The notes under the pieces: generated by a model
Seen by the model: the letters and a program-made list of their open reading frames with translations, nothing else
Databases searched by the model: none
What the model was told of the DNA's origin: nothing
Position numbers and translations under genes: made by a program
Shown here: positions 38,362-47,678 of the stretch, in pieces
Layout: each line of letters starts with the position of its first letter
Numbering within the stretch: the stretch's first letter is position 1
DNA from: Escherichia phage vB_EcoM_SP1
Strand: one strand, 5' to 3'
Length of the DNA stretch: 64,000 nt
Sequence record: MT682709.1

Positions 38362-38705
38362 ATAAAGTCAAATATTCGTTTCCCGAGGCACTATTAATTC
38401 TTGCCGTGTCAGTATTTGCAGCTCTTGCTGGTAGTCTTATTGGATTAATGATTGACTGTATTATTTTAAACATCGATGGTTCAGCAATTATAACAGAGGT
38501 TTGGAGTGAACTTCGTTTTACTATAGCGATTTCATTATTTTCATTCTTTGGTACCATGCTATATTTTCATTATGATAATTTTAAAATAAATTGGCAAAGA
38601 AAAAAGGATTACAAAATACAATTAAAAGAATATAATAACTACATGTCTTATATTGAAAATGAATCAATGAAAGAGTTTGTGAGTGATTGTAGGAAAATCA
38701 AATGA
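38343..38705 (+). CDS. small two-TM membrane protein (paralog family member)
   Basis: 120 aa; C-terminal EFVSDCRKIK. Confidence 0.55.
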   Translation: MQKPKLNKVKYSFPEALLILAVSVFAALAGSLIGLMIDCIILNIDGSAIITEVWSELRFTIAISLFSFFGTMLYFHYDNFKINWQRKKDYKIQLKEYNNYMSYIENESMKEFVSDCRKIK

Positions 38706-39190
38706 TTTTAAAAACTCGCTGGTATGATTTAGATGATGGGGATGATGGCATTCCAGTTGATAGAGTTGACTGGAATGGCTGTTCCGAAGATATGAAAAAT
38801 TTGTTGATTAGGGAGTTTAGAATGGGATATCAACCAGTTAAGCCATCTACTATAACAGACGATAAATTCGTGTGTATTCATAATGGTCGCGCTAAGTTAA
38901 CGAACGCTGATTGGTTCACAGATAAAATTATGATTCTGTGGTATATTATTAGTCTTCCTGTGACATCATTCGTATTTTACTTTTTTATAAAAAATCCAAT
39001 GGACAGAATAGGAGATTGGATTCTTTTAACCATACTTGTTAATATTTTTACAGCAGCAATATTATCTGGGATATGGTACACGTTCATTGAAATGCCATGG
39101 CGGCTACGCAGACAACAAAAGATTTTTGATGAAAAGAAATATACTCAAAATTTAAATAACTTTATCACCGAATGCAGGAAATTAAAATGA
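38702..39190 (+). CDS. small membrane protein (paralog family member)
   Basis: 162 aa; C-terminal NFITECRKLK. Confidence 0.55.
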   Translation: MILKTRWYDLDDGDDGIPVDRVDWNGCSEDMKNLLIREFRMGYQPVKPSTITDDKFVCIHNGRAKLTNADWFTDKIMILWYIISLPVTSFVFYFFIKNPMDRIGDWILLTILVNIFTAAILSGIWYTFIEMPWRLRRQQKIFDEKKYTQNLNNFITECRKLK

Positions 39191-39627
39191 AAACATTATC
39201 AGCTGGTATTATCTTTATGACAGAAGATAAAGATTTATTCATGGGACGGGTTACTGGTTCTCGTAAGCCTGGAATGATGGCACATCGCTGGGATATTCCA
39301 AAGGGCCGTGTAGAAAATTCTGATTTGAGCGCACTAGATGCAGCACGAAGAGAATGCTTAGAAGAGACCGGTTTTAGCAATTATAATCCAGACCTTCTAG
39401 AAGACCTAGGTGTATTTAAATATTCTAGTAATAAAGACTTACAGCTGTTTTATTATACGATTCCAGTAGAGCATGAGATGTTTAGAAATTGCCATTGCGA
39501 GTCTTATTTTGAAAATAAAGATGGTGTTATGATTCCAGAGATGGATGCTTTTGCTCTTATTCCTCGTACTCAGTGGCAATATGTGATGGGTCCTTCACTT
39601 TATCGAATAATGAACAGCCTCTTTTAA
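39187..39627 (+). CDS. nudE: Nudix hydrolase NudE (e.1)
   Basis: Position immediately upstream of e; Nudix-like motif GRVENSDLSALDAARRECLEETG; start may be 39172. Confidence 0.7.
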   Translation: MKTLSAGIIFMTEDKDLFMGRVTGSRKPGMMAHRWDIPKGRVENSDLSALDAARRECLEETGFSNYNPDLLEDLGVFKYSSNKDLQLFYYTIPVEHEMFRNCHCESYFENKDGVMIPEMDAFALIPRTQWQYVMGPSLYRIMNSLF

Positions 39628-40430
<803 letters not shown>

Positions 40431-40431
40431 T

Positions 40432-40461
40432 GTTTACTTCCTCCAAGGACTTTGATACTAT
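40432..40461 (+). promoter_or_regulatory. early promoter (GTTTAC ... TACTAT)
   Basis: 18-bp spacing, upstream of denV. Confidence 0.6.
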
Positions 40462-40488
40462 ACATTCATCAACTACTTGGAGGAAATT

Positions 40489-40902
40489 ATGACTCGTATC
40501 AATTTAACACTTGTTTCTGAACTGACCGACCAACATCTTATGGCTGAGTATCGTGAATTACCACGCGTATTTGGTGCAGTCCGTAAACATGTTCAAAACG
40601 GTAAACGTGTAAAGGATTTTAAAATCTCTCCAACATTTATCTTAGGCACAGGTCACGTAACATTCTTTTACGACAAACTCGAATTTTTACGTTTACGTCA
40701 AATCGAGCTAATCGCTGAATGCTTGAAACGTGGTTTCAAAATCAAGGACACGACTGTCCAGGATATTTCCGACATCCCTGTCGAATTTCGTAATAATTAT
40801 GTCCCGTCCGAAGCGTCCATTGCGATAAGTCAAGCTCGCTTAGATGAAAAAATTGCTCAACGCCCTACTTGGTACAAATACTATGGTAAATCAATTTACT
40901 AA
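40489..40902 (+). CDS. denV: endonuclease V (pyrimidine dimer DNA glycosylase)
   Basis: 138 aa from [29 protein letters not shown], matches recalled T4 EndoV. Confidence 0.92.
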   Translation: MTRINLTLVSELTDQHLMAEYRELPRVFGAVRKHVQNGKRVKDFKISPTFILGTGHVTFFYDKLEFLRLRQIELIAECLKRGFKIKDTTVQDISDIPVEFRNNYVPSEASIAISQARLDEKIAQRPTWYKYYGKSIY

Positions 40903-40908
40903 GGAAAA

Positions 40909-41169
40909 ATGAAAATGTATCAAGAATTTATCGCTGAAGCAGATGCCAAAGGCCCCAAATTTAAAGTTAAAGCTTTCGTTGGTGATGCAGAAGATTTTGG
41001 CTCATTAAAACGTAATGGGTATTCTTTCCTAGGCGGCGATGGTAGAGAAATAAACACCTATGCAAAACGTAGTGAAATTGCTTATGTTGTAGCAAGCCCT
41101 AAAGTAGATGTTGACGATATTGGATATGATTTTAACAACTTCGGAATTATTTCTGGCGGTAAAGCTTAA
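40909..41169 (+). CDS. internal-protein-like ORF with capsid-targeting sequence (MKMYQEFIAE/A)
   Basis: 86 aa; CTS plus (I/L)xE cleavage site. Confidence 0.65.
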   Translation: MKMYQEFIAEADAKGPKFKVKAFVGDAEDFGSLKRNGYSFLGGDGREINTYAKRSEIAYVVASPKVDVDDIGYDFNNFGIISGGKA

Positions 41170-41172
41170 ACA

Positions 41173-41202
41173 GTTTACGCTTAAGTATTAATATGATATA
41201 AT
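41173..41202 (+). promoter_or_regulatory. early promoter (GTTTAC ... TATAAT)
   Basis: 18-bp spacing. Confidence 0.6.
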
Positions 41203-41232
41203 TACTCTATCAAAACAAACAAGGAAACAAAA

Positions 41233-41811
41233 ATGAAAACGTATCAAGAATTTATTGCTGAAGCTTCTGTAGTAAAGGCAAAAGGCATTAATAAGGACGA
41301 GTGGAACTATCGTGGTGGAAACGGCTTTGACCCTAAAACTGCTCCACTTGAACGATATCTAGCCACAAAAGCTTCTGATTTTAAAGCCTTCGCTTGGGAA
41401 GGACTTCGCTGGCGTAACGATCTAAATATTGAAGTTGACGGACTTAAATTTGCTCATATTGAAGATGTTGTTGCTAGTAACTTAGATGCAGCTTTTGTTA
41501 AAGCCGACAGTGATCTTCGTCGCTGGAATTTAAAACTGTTCTCTAAACAAAAAGGCCCGAAGTTTGTGCCTAAAGCCGGTAAATGGGTCATTGATAATAA
41601 ATTAGCTAAGGCTGTCAACTACGCTGGTCTTGAATTCGCCAAGCACAAATCATCATGGAAAGGTCTTGATGCAATGGCTTTCCGTAAAGAATTTGCCGAT
41701 GTTATGGCTAAAGGCGGCTTTAAGGCAGAAATAGATACCTCTAAAGGTACGTTTAAGGACGCTAATGTTCAGTACGCTTATGCCGTTGCTAATGCAGCCC
41801 GTGGTAATTAA
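41233..41811 (+). CDS. ipIII: internal protein III-like (CTS MKTYQEFIAE/A)
   Basis: 192 aa; T4 IPIII size and CTS. Confidence 0.7.
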   Translation: MKTYQEFIAEASVVKAKGINKDEWNYRGGNGFDPKTAPLERYLATKASDFKAFAWEGLRWRNDLNIEVDGLKFAHIEDVVASNLDAAFVKADSDLRRWNLKLFSKQKGPKFVPKAGKWVIDNKLAKAVNYAGLEFAKHKSSWKGLDAMAFRKEFADVMAKGGFKAEIDTSKGTFKDANVQYAYAVANAARGN

Positions 41812-41852
41812 TAAGGCCTAAGTATAGGCCTATTTACATTTAAAGGAAACAT

Positions 41853-42155
41853 ATGAAAACATATCAAGAATTTATTACTGAAGCGCGAGTGAGTGCAGGT
41901 AAATTAGAAGCCGCTATAAATAAAAAGGCCCATTCATTTCACGATTTGTCCGATAAAGACCGTAAGAAACTTGTAAGCCTTTATATTGACAAAGAGCGTA
42001 TTCTCGCTCTTCCTGGCGCTAATGAAGGTAAACAGGCCAAGCCTTTGAATGCTGTCGAAAAGAAAATTGATAACTTTGCTTCTAAATTCGGTATGTCTAT
42101 GGATGACCTTCAGCAAGCGGCTATCGAAGCAGCTAAAGTAATTAAAGGTAAATAA
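41853..42155 (+). CDS. ipII: internal protein II-like (CTS MKTYQEFITE/A)
   Basis: 100 aa; T4 IPII size and CTS. Confidence 0.7.
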   Translation: MKTYQEFITEARVSAGKLEAAINKKAHSFHDLSDKDRKKLVSLYIDKERILALPGANEGKQAKPLNAVEKKIDNFASKFGMSMDDLQQAAIEAAKVIKGK

Positions 42156-42157
42156 CA

Positions 42158-42187
42158 GTTTACTTTCTCCTAAAATTGTGATAGTAT
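42158..42187 (+). promoter_or_regulatory. early promoter (GTTTAC ... TAGTAT)
   Basis: 18-bp spacing. Confidence 0.5.
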
Positions 42188-42427
42188 ATTCATAATTACT
42201 TAGAGAGGTAAAATGACTCGATGAAAAAATTTTAATGAAGCCACACTGGTATAAGTATTAAGGCAAAAATATTTACATTCAAATAACATGGGAACAACCT
42301 GGACCTCATGATTCTATGAGGGATTCCCGCCAACCTGTAATAAGGTCGAGCCCAAGTGCGGTAATGGGTAAATACAGAAATGGACAATTCATGTGCCATG
42401 GAATGGCCCAAATTTAGAGAGAATAAA

Positions 42428-42967
42428 ATGAGAACATTTTTAACTGGACCTTATCTATCCCTGATGAATGCTTTTACACACCATTCTGATGCTAGAGTAG
42501 AAGAAATTTGTAAAAACGATTATATCCCACCATTTGAAGACTTACTCAAACAGTATTGCACACTTCGACTAGATGGTGGACGTCAATCCGGTAAATCAAC
42601 TGCAGTAACTAATTTTGCCGCTAATTGGTTGTATGACGGTGGAACAGTTATTGTTCTTTCTAATACTTCAGCTTACGCTAAAATTTCTGCGGGCCACATT
42701 AAAAAAGAGTTTTCTCGTTATTCTAGCGATGATATTCGATTCCGCTTATTTACCGATTCTGTCCGTAGTTTTATCGGTAATAAAGGAAGCAAGTTCAGAG
42801 GTTTATCGCTTTCGCGGATTTTGTATATAATCGATGAGCCTGTTAAATCTCCTGATATGGATAAAATTTACGATATTCATATTGAAACTGTGCACCACTG
42901 TTGCAATAGTAAATGCTGCATTGGTGGTATTACTCGTCCACAGTTTTTCATAATCGGAATGCAATGA
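42428..42967 (+). CDS. P-loop NTPase with C-terminal Cys cluster
   Basis: Walker A GGRQSGKST, Walker B-like ILYIIDEP, HHCCNSKCC; ATG 42428 follows an RBS-like tract. Confidence 0.55.
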   Translation: MRTFLTGPYLSLMNAFTHHSDARVEEICKNDYIPPFEDLLKQYCTLRLDGGRQSGKSTAVTNFAANWLYDGGTVIVLSNTSAYAKISAGHIKKEFSRYSSDDIRFRLFTDSVRSFIGNKGSKFRGLSLSRILYIIDEPVKSPDMDKIYDIHIETVHHCCNSKCCIGGITRPQFFIIGMQ

Positions 42968-43293
42968 TGACAGACACGCAACTTTTCGAATATCTTTATT
43001 TTTCGCCAAAAACTATTAAAAATAAATTGGTGAATCATTTTGAAATTTTGGCAAATAACAACGCCTTGAGCGAATTTTATCCTAAGCAATACAAATTACA
43101 AAAAGGCGTATTCAAAGGATGCAGAGTTTTGTGCACTGCTCCTAATGCAAGATTAATGAATAAAATTCCATATTTTACCATGGAATTTATTGATGGGCCT
43201 TTTAAAGGACTAATCACCCAAAGTTTAATGGCATATGATTCTGAGCCATTTTTAATTAAAGAACAATCTTGGATAAATTTATTTTCTAATTGA
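42964..43293 (+). CDS. hypothetical protein
   Basis: ATG overlapping the upstream stop; 109 aa. Confidence 0.5.
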   Translation: MMTDTQLFEYLYFSPKTIKNKLVNHFEILANNNALSEFYPKQYKLQKGVFKGCRVLCTAPNARLMNKIPYFTMEFIDGPFKGLITQSLMAYDSEPFLIKEQSWINLFSN

Positions 43294-43301
43294 GAGGTTA
43301 T

Positions 43302-43664
43302 ATGAAAGCATATCAAATTCTTGAAGGCACGCATAAAGGTACTATTTATTTTGAAGATGGTATTCAAGCACGAATTATTGTCTCTAAAACTTTTAAAGAG
43401 GACTCTTTTGTAGACCCAGAAATTTTCTATGGTTTGCATGCCCGTGAAATTGAAATTGAAACACAACCTACAGTTAAAATTGAGGGTGGTCAACACCTGA
43501 ACGTAAACGTTCTGCGTCGTGAAACTCTGGAAGATGCAGTTAAGCATCCGGAAAAATATCCGCAGCTGACCATCCGTGTATCCGGTTATGCAGTTCGCTT
43601 TAACTCTCTGACTCCGGAACAGCAGCGCGACGTTATCGCTCGTACCTTTACTGAGAGTTTGTAA
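43302..43664 (+). CDS. GrcA/YfiD-like autonomous glycyl radical cofactor
   Basis: C-terminal 60 aa carry the RVSGYAVRF glycyl-radical motif and are essentially identical to recalled E. coli GrcA, with host-like codons. Confidence 0.8.
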   Translation: MKAYQILEGTHKGTIYFEDGIQARIIVSKTFKEDSFVDPEIFYGLHAREIEIETQPTVKIEGGQHLNVNVLRRETLEDAVKHPEKYPQLTIRVSGYAVRFNSLTPEQQRDVIARTFTESL

Positions 43665-43885
43665 TGGCAAAGATAATTATTGAAGGTTCTGAAGATGTGC
43701 TAAATGCTTTCGCCGAATGGTTTAGTAATTCAGGCGAACAGCAATTTAATGAAGCGTGGAACATGGGTGATATTAATGGAATTTATCCTACGACAGAAAT
43801 TTCTGTTCAAGGATATGGAATTCATGAGCCTATTCGTTTAGTTGAATATGATTTGGGAACAGGTGAGGAAGTAAAATATGATTGA
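43664..43885 (+). CDS. hypothetical small protein
   Basis: 73 aa, coupled start. Confidence 0.5.
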   Translation: MAKIIIEGSEDVLNAFAEWFSNSGEQQFNEAWNMGDINGIYPTTEISVQGYGIHEPIRLVEYDLGTGEEVKYD

Positions 43886-44144
43886 AGACATTAAAGGCTA
43901 TAAGCCACATACTGACGATAAAATCAGTAAAGTGAATGCTATCAAAGATGCTGAAGTTCGTTTAGGACTTATCTTTGATGCTTTATATGATGAATTCTGG
44001 GAAGCGCTAGATAATTGTGAAGACTGCGAATTCGCGAAGAATTATGCTGAAAGTCTCGATCAGTTAACTATTGCTAAAACGAAACTCAAAGAAGCCAGTA
44101 TGTGGGCTTGTCGTGCTGTGTTCCAACCAGAGGAAAAATATTAA
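43878..44144 (+). CDS. hypothetical small protein (Acb2/Vs.4 candidate position)
   Basis: 88 aa; vs-region small ORF. Confidence 0.45.
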   Translation: MIEDIKGYKPHTDDKISKVNAIKDAEVRLGLIFDALYDEFWEALDNCEDCEFAKNYAESLDQLTIAKTKLKEASMWACRAVFQPEEKY

Positions 44145-44422
44145 TGGCCCAATTAAGCGCAGGGTTTGGTTATGAGTATTATACTGCCCCTCGTCGTGTA
44201 TCTGTTGCTCCTAAGAAAATTCAAAGTCTTGATGATTTCCAGGAAGTAATTCGTAACGCTTTCCAGGACTATGCGCGTTATCTTAAAGAAGATTCACAGG
44301 ACTGTCTCGAAGAAGATGAAATTGCTTACTATACGCAGCGTCTTGAACAGCTTAAAAACCTACATGAGGTCCGTGCAGAAGTTTCAAAGTCTATGAATAA
44401 ATTGATTAGATTTAAAGAATAA
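44144..44422 (+). CDS. hypothetical small protein (Acb2/Vs.4 candidate position)
   Basis: 92 aa from the ATG overlapping the upstream stop. Confidence 0.45.
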   Translation: MAQLSAGFGYEYYTAPRRVSVAPKKIQSLDDFQEVIRNAFQDYARYLKEDSQDCLEEDEIAYYTQRLEQLKNLHEVRAEVSKSMNKLIRFKE

Positions 44423-44424
44423 CT

Positions 44425-44454
44425 GTTTACTTTTCCTCTTGACTGTGGTATAAT
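44425..44454 (+). promoter_or_regulatory. early promoter (GTTTAC ... TGgTATAAT) upstream of regB
   Basis: 18-bp spacing. Confidence 0.6.
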
Positions 44455-44481
44455 TTTTCTATCAGTTAAGAGGAGAATAAC

Positions 44482-44943
44482 ATGACTATCAACACAGAAG
44501 TTTTTATCCGTCGAAATAAGCTCCGTCGTCACTTTGAGTCGGAGTTTCGTCAAATTAACAATGAGATTCGTGAGGCATCAAAAGCAGCAGGGGTCTCATC
44601 GTTTCATCTAAAATATTCTCAACATCTTCTTGATCGTGCAATTCAACGGGAGATTGATGAGACATATGTTTTTGAATTATTCCATAAAATAAAAGACCAT
44701 GTTTTAGAAGTTAATGAATTCCTAAGTATGCCTCCGCGTCCTGACATTAATGAGGATTTTATTGATGGGGTTGAATATCGTCCTGGGCGTTTAGAAATCA
44801 CCGATGGAAATCTTTGGCTTGGATTTACAGTTTGTAAACCTAACGAGAAGTTCAAAGACCCGTCACTTCAGTGCAGGATGGCAATTATCAACAGTCGTCG
44901 TTTACCGGGAAAGGCTTCTAAAGCAGTAATTAAAACTCAATGA
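44482..44943 (+). CDS. regB: site-specific endoribonuclease RegB
   Basis: 153 aa; matches recalled T4 RegB (MTINTEVFIRRNKLRRHFESEFRQINNE...). Confidence 0.8.
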   Translation: MTINTEVFIRRNKLRRHFESEFRQINNEIREASKAAGVSSFHLKYSQHLLDRAIQREIDETYVFELFHKIKDHVLEVNEFLSMPPRPDINEDFIDGVEYRPGRLEITDGNLWLGFTVCKPNEKFKDPSLQCRMAIINSRRLPGKASKAVIKTQ

Positions 44944-44950
44944 GGTAAGC

Positions 44951-45496
44951 ATGAGAAAAGCACTACTCGCTGGTCTATTGGCCATTTCAATGATGGCACA
45001 TAGCTCCGAGCATACTTTCAGTAATGTCCAACTCGATAACATGCGTTACGCGTATCAATTCGGGGAACAATTTTCTAAGGATGGAAAATATAAAACACAC
45101 AAAAATATCCACAAGAGCGGATTAGGTCATATAATGGCTGCTATTTTATGGCAAGAAAGCTCTGCCGGAGTTAATTTAAAATCTAAACCAAAGCATCATG
45201 CCTATGGAATGTTCCAAAATTATTTGCCGACAATGCGAGCAAGAGTTAAGGAACTTGGTTATAATATGACCGATGCTGAAATAAAAAGAATGTTGAATAA
45301 ACGGTCCAATTCAGCTTCCTGGGCGTACATTGAACTTTCTTATTGGTTAAATATACATAAGGGTGATATAAGAAAGGCAATATCCTCTTATAATTCGGGA
45401 TGGAATGTTAAAGCAGGTTCTAAATATGCTTCTGAAGTCCTAGAAAAGGCTAACTACCTTAAAAGTAATAAACTACTGGAAATAGTAAATGACTAA
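44951..45496 (+). CDS. secreted lytic transglycosylase-like protein
   Basis: Signal peptide; SLT-like motifs ILWQESSAG, HAYGMFQ, SSYNSGW. Confidence 0.55.
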   Translation: MRKALLAGLLAISMMAHSSEHTFSNVQLDNMRYAYQFGEQFSKDGKYKTHKNIHKSGLGHIMAAILWQESSAGVNLKSKPKHHAYGMFQNYLPTMRARVKELGYNMTDAEIKRMLNKRSNSASWAYIELSYWLNIHKGDIRKAISSYNSGWNVKAGSKYASEVLEKANYLKSNKLLEIVND

Positions 45497-45830
45497 AATT
45501 TTGGTTTTATGTATAGGATTAATTTCATTTTCTGCGTTAGCAAATACATCATATACTGAAATTAGAGAGTATGTAAACCGTACTGCCGCGGATTATTGCG
45601 GGAAAAATAAAGCATGCCAAGCTGAATTTGCGCAGAAATTAATATATGCATATAAAGACGGAGAAAGAGATAAATCAAGCAGATACAAAAATGATACTTT
45701 ATTAAAACGATATGCTAAAAAGTGGAATACCTTAGAATGTTCAGTTGCGGAGGAGAAAGATAAAGCCGCTTGTCATTCAATGGTTGACCGTTTGGTAGAT
45801 TCTTATAATCGAGGATTGAGTACTAGATGA
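45489..45830 (+). CDS. small secreted protein
   Basis: 113 aa with N-terminal signal peptide and four Cys. Confidence 0.5.
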   Translation: MTKILVLCIGLISFSALANTSYTEIREYVNRTAADYCGKNKACQAEFAQKLIYAYKDGERDKSSRYKNDTLLKRYAKKWNTLECSVAEEKDKAACHSMVDRLVDSYNRGLSTR

Positions 45831-46306
45831 TTGTAAAATATATCAAGGGCGATATTGTCGCCCTATTTCTTCAAGGTAATATTATTGCGCATGGGTGCAA
45901 CTGCTTTCATACTATGGGTTCAGGTGTAGCAGGTCAATTAGCAAGGGCCTATCCTAAAATTTTAGAAATAGATAAAACCACTACTGAGTACGGTTCTCGT
46001 GATAAATTAGGTGATATGTCTATTGTTTTTAAACATAATCCTACAGGATTTGGTATATGCTATAACCTGTATACACAATACGAACCAGGTCCTAATCTTG
46101 ATTATGGTGCTTTAGTAAACTGCATGATAGAATTAAATCTACAGGCAGAAACCCTTTTGTTTAAACCAGTAATTTACATTCCACGCATAGGTTGTGGTAT
46201 TGCTGGCGGTGATTGGGATAAGGTTTCTAAATTAATCGACATGTTTACTCCTGATATTGATTTAATAGTGGTGGATTATGAAAGCACATTACCCGCATCC
46301 GTTTGA
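45827..46306 (+). CDS. macro-domain-like protein
   Basis: HGCNCFHTMGSGVAGQ and IPRIGCGIAGGDW resemble macro-domain ADP-ribose-binding loops. Confidence 0.5.
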   Translation: MIVKYIKGDIVALFLQGNIIAHGCNCFHTMGSGVAGQLARAYPKILEIDKTTTEYGSRDKLGDMSIVFKHNPTGFGICYNLYTQYEPGPNLDYGALVNCMIELNLQAETLLFKPVIYIPRIGCGIAGGDWDKVSKLIDMFTPDIDLIVVDYESTLPASV

Positions 46307-46490
46307 TCCTAAAAACAAAGTGGAAATTATTCGTCAATGGGAACGCATTTGCCGTACTAAATGCCCAATTAATAGTCCACATGATGTAGATAAAGACTAT
46401 ATTGGAACATTCGTTGAATATACCTTTATTGATAAGAAAGGTCGTAAACAGCATGTAGAAGAATATTGCTTAAAGGTTACATGGTTATGA
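46278..46490 (+). CDS. hypothetical small protein
   Basis: 70 aa. Confidence 0.45.
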   Translation: MKAHYPHPFDPKNKVEIIRQWERICRTKCPINSPHDVDKDYIGTFVEYTFIDKKGRKQHVEEYCLKVTWL

Positions 46491-46693
46491 GCCAAATTAG
46501 CATTCTTAAAAATGCACATTGTGAAAAGTGTAAATGGCCAGTTGTTTTTGCTTTATGCAATGATGAAATGGCTTGTGATTTCGATTATTGGTGCTATTGC
46601 TCTAATAAAGGATGCATCAATCATAAAGGCGAAGGATTTTATTCAGGATTTTATCCTTATCCTGATTTCGTTAAAGAAGGTAAACCAAAATGA
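46487..46693 (+). CDS. Cys-rich small protein (putative zinc-binding)
   Basis: 68 aa from MSQISIL, 9 Cys including CEKC and CNDEMAC. Confidence 0.45.
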   Translation: MSQISILKNAHCEKCKWPVVFALCNDEMACDFDYWCYCSNKGCINHKGEGFYSGFYPYPDFVKEGKPK

Positions 46694-46863
46694 ATAGTTC
46701 TGAGTTACAATATGAAGTGTTACGTGAACTTGATAATTTAATTGAACTCGCTGTTAATAAAGGTTTTGCCATTGGAATTGGTCAAAAAGATACTGATCAT
46801 TTAACTATGGAAATATTTAAGCAAAAACGAATTATTTTAAAACTTCTGGAAATTAATATATGA
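46690..46863 (+). CDS. hypothetical small protein
   Basis: 57 aa, ATGA-coupled to neighbours; below the track's length cutoff. Confidence 0.35.
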   Translation: MNSSELQYEVLRELDNLIELAVNKGFAIGIGQKDTDHLTMEIFKQKRIILKLLEINI

Positions 46864-47045
46864 GTCTGAGCAAAGAACAAAAAGATAAATTGTTTGAGCT
46901 TATCCATGAACTTCTAGATGAGCATACAGAAGCAAACACCTTTTATGATGAATACGGCCCGCTATCTCCCGAACAGCAGGAAGAATTTGCTGATCGGTTT
47001 GATAAGAAAGAAAATGAATTAATAGCTTATGTGAATACGCTTTAA
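46860..47045 (+). CDS. hypothetical small acidic protein
   Basis: 61 aa. Confidence 0.45.
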   Translation: MSLSKEQKDKLFELIHELLDEHTEANTFYDEYGPLSPEQQEEFADRFDKKENELIAYVNTL

Positions 47046-47054
47046 GAAGGTGAT

Positions 47055-47636
47055 ATGGCGAGTTTAATTTTTACTTATGCAGCAATGAATGCTGGAAAAT
47101 CTGCTTCTCTTTTGACTGCTGCGCATAATTATAAAGAACGTGGAATGAGTGTATTAGTTCTTAAGCCTGCTATTGATACTCGCGATTCTGTCTGTGAAGT
47201 CGTTTCTCGCATTGGAATTAAGCAGGAAGCGAATATTATTACGGATGATATGGATATTTTTGAGTTCTATAAATGGGCTGAAGCACAAAAAGATATTCAT
47301 TGCGTATTTGTAGATGAAGCTCAGTTTTTAAAAACTGAACAGGTACATCAATTAAGCCGAATTGTCGATACATATAATGTTCCTGTTATGGCTTATGGTC
47401 TAAGGACTGATTTCGCTGGAAAATTATTTGAAGGTTCTAAAGAACTTTTGGCGATTGCAGATAAACTTATTGAACTAAAGGCAGTTTGTCATTGCGGTAA
47501 AAAAGCGATTATGACAGCTCGATTAATGGAAGATGGAACGCCAGTTAAAGAAGGTAATCAAATCTGTATTGGTGATGAAATTTATGTTTCTTTGTGTAGA
47601 AAACATTGGAATGAATTAACTAAAAAGCTCGGTTAG
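47055..47636 (+). CDS. tk: thymidine kinase
   Basis: 193 aa; P-loop MNAGKSASLL, FVDEAQF, C-terminal zinc-ribbon CHCGKK...C. Confidence 0.92.
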   Translation: MASLIFTYAAMNAGKSASLLTAAHNYKERGMSVLVLKPAIDTRDSVCEVVSRIGIKQEANIITDDMDIFEFYKWAEAQKDIHCVFVDEAQFLKTEQVHQLSRIVDTYNVPVMAYGLRTDFAGKLFEGSKELLAIADKLIELKAVCHCGKKAIMTARLMEDGTPVKEGNQICIGDEIYVSLCRKHWNELTKKLG

Positions 47637-47645
47637 CGCAAAAGT

Positions 47646-47653
47646 TATAAATA
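47646..47653 (+). promoter_or_regulatory. late promoter TATAAATA
   Basis: Exact tataaata 26 nt upstream of the 47679 ORF. Confidence 0.45.
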
Positions 47654-47678
47654 GGTTTATCTAACTAAAGGGGTATAT

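Noticed and set aside
42913-42963. N-terminal 17 codons of the track ORF 42913-43293
   Set aside because: The extension overlaps the 3' end of the P-loop gene in another frame; the ATG overlapping the upstream stop at 42964 is the more plausible start.
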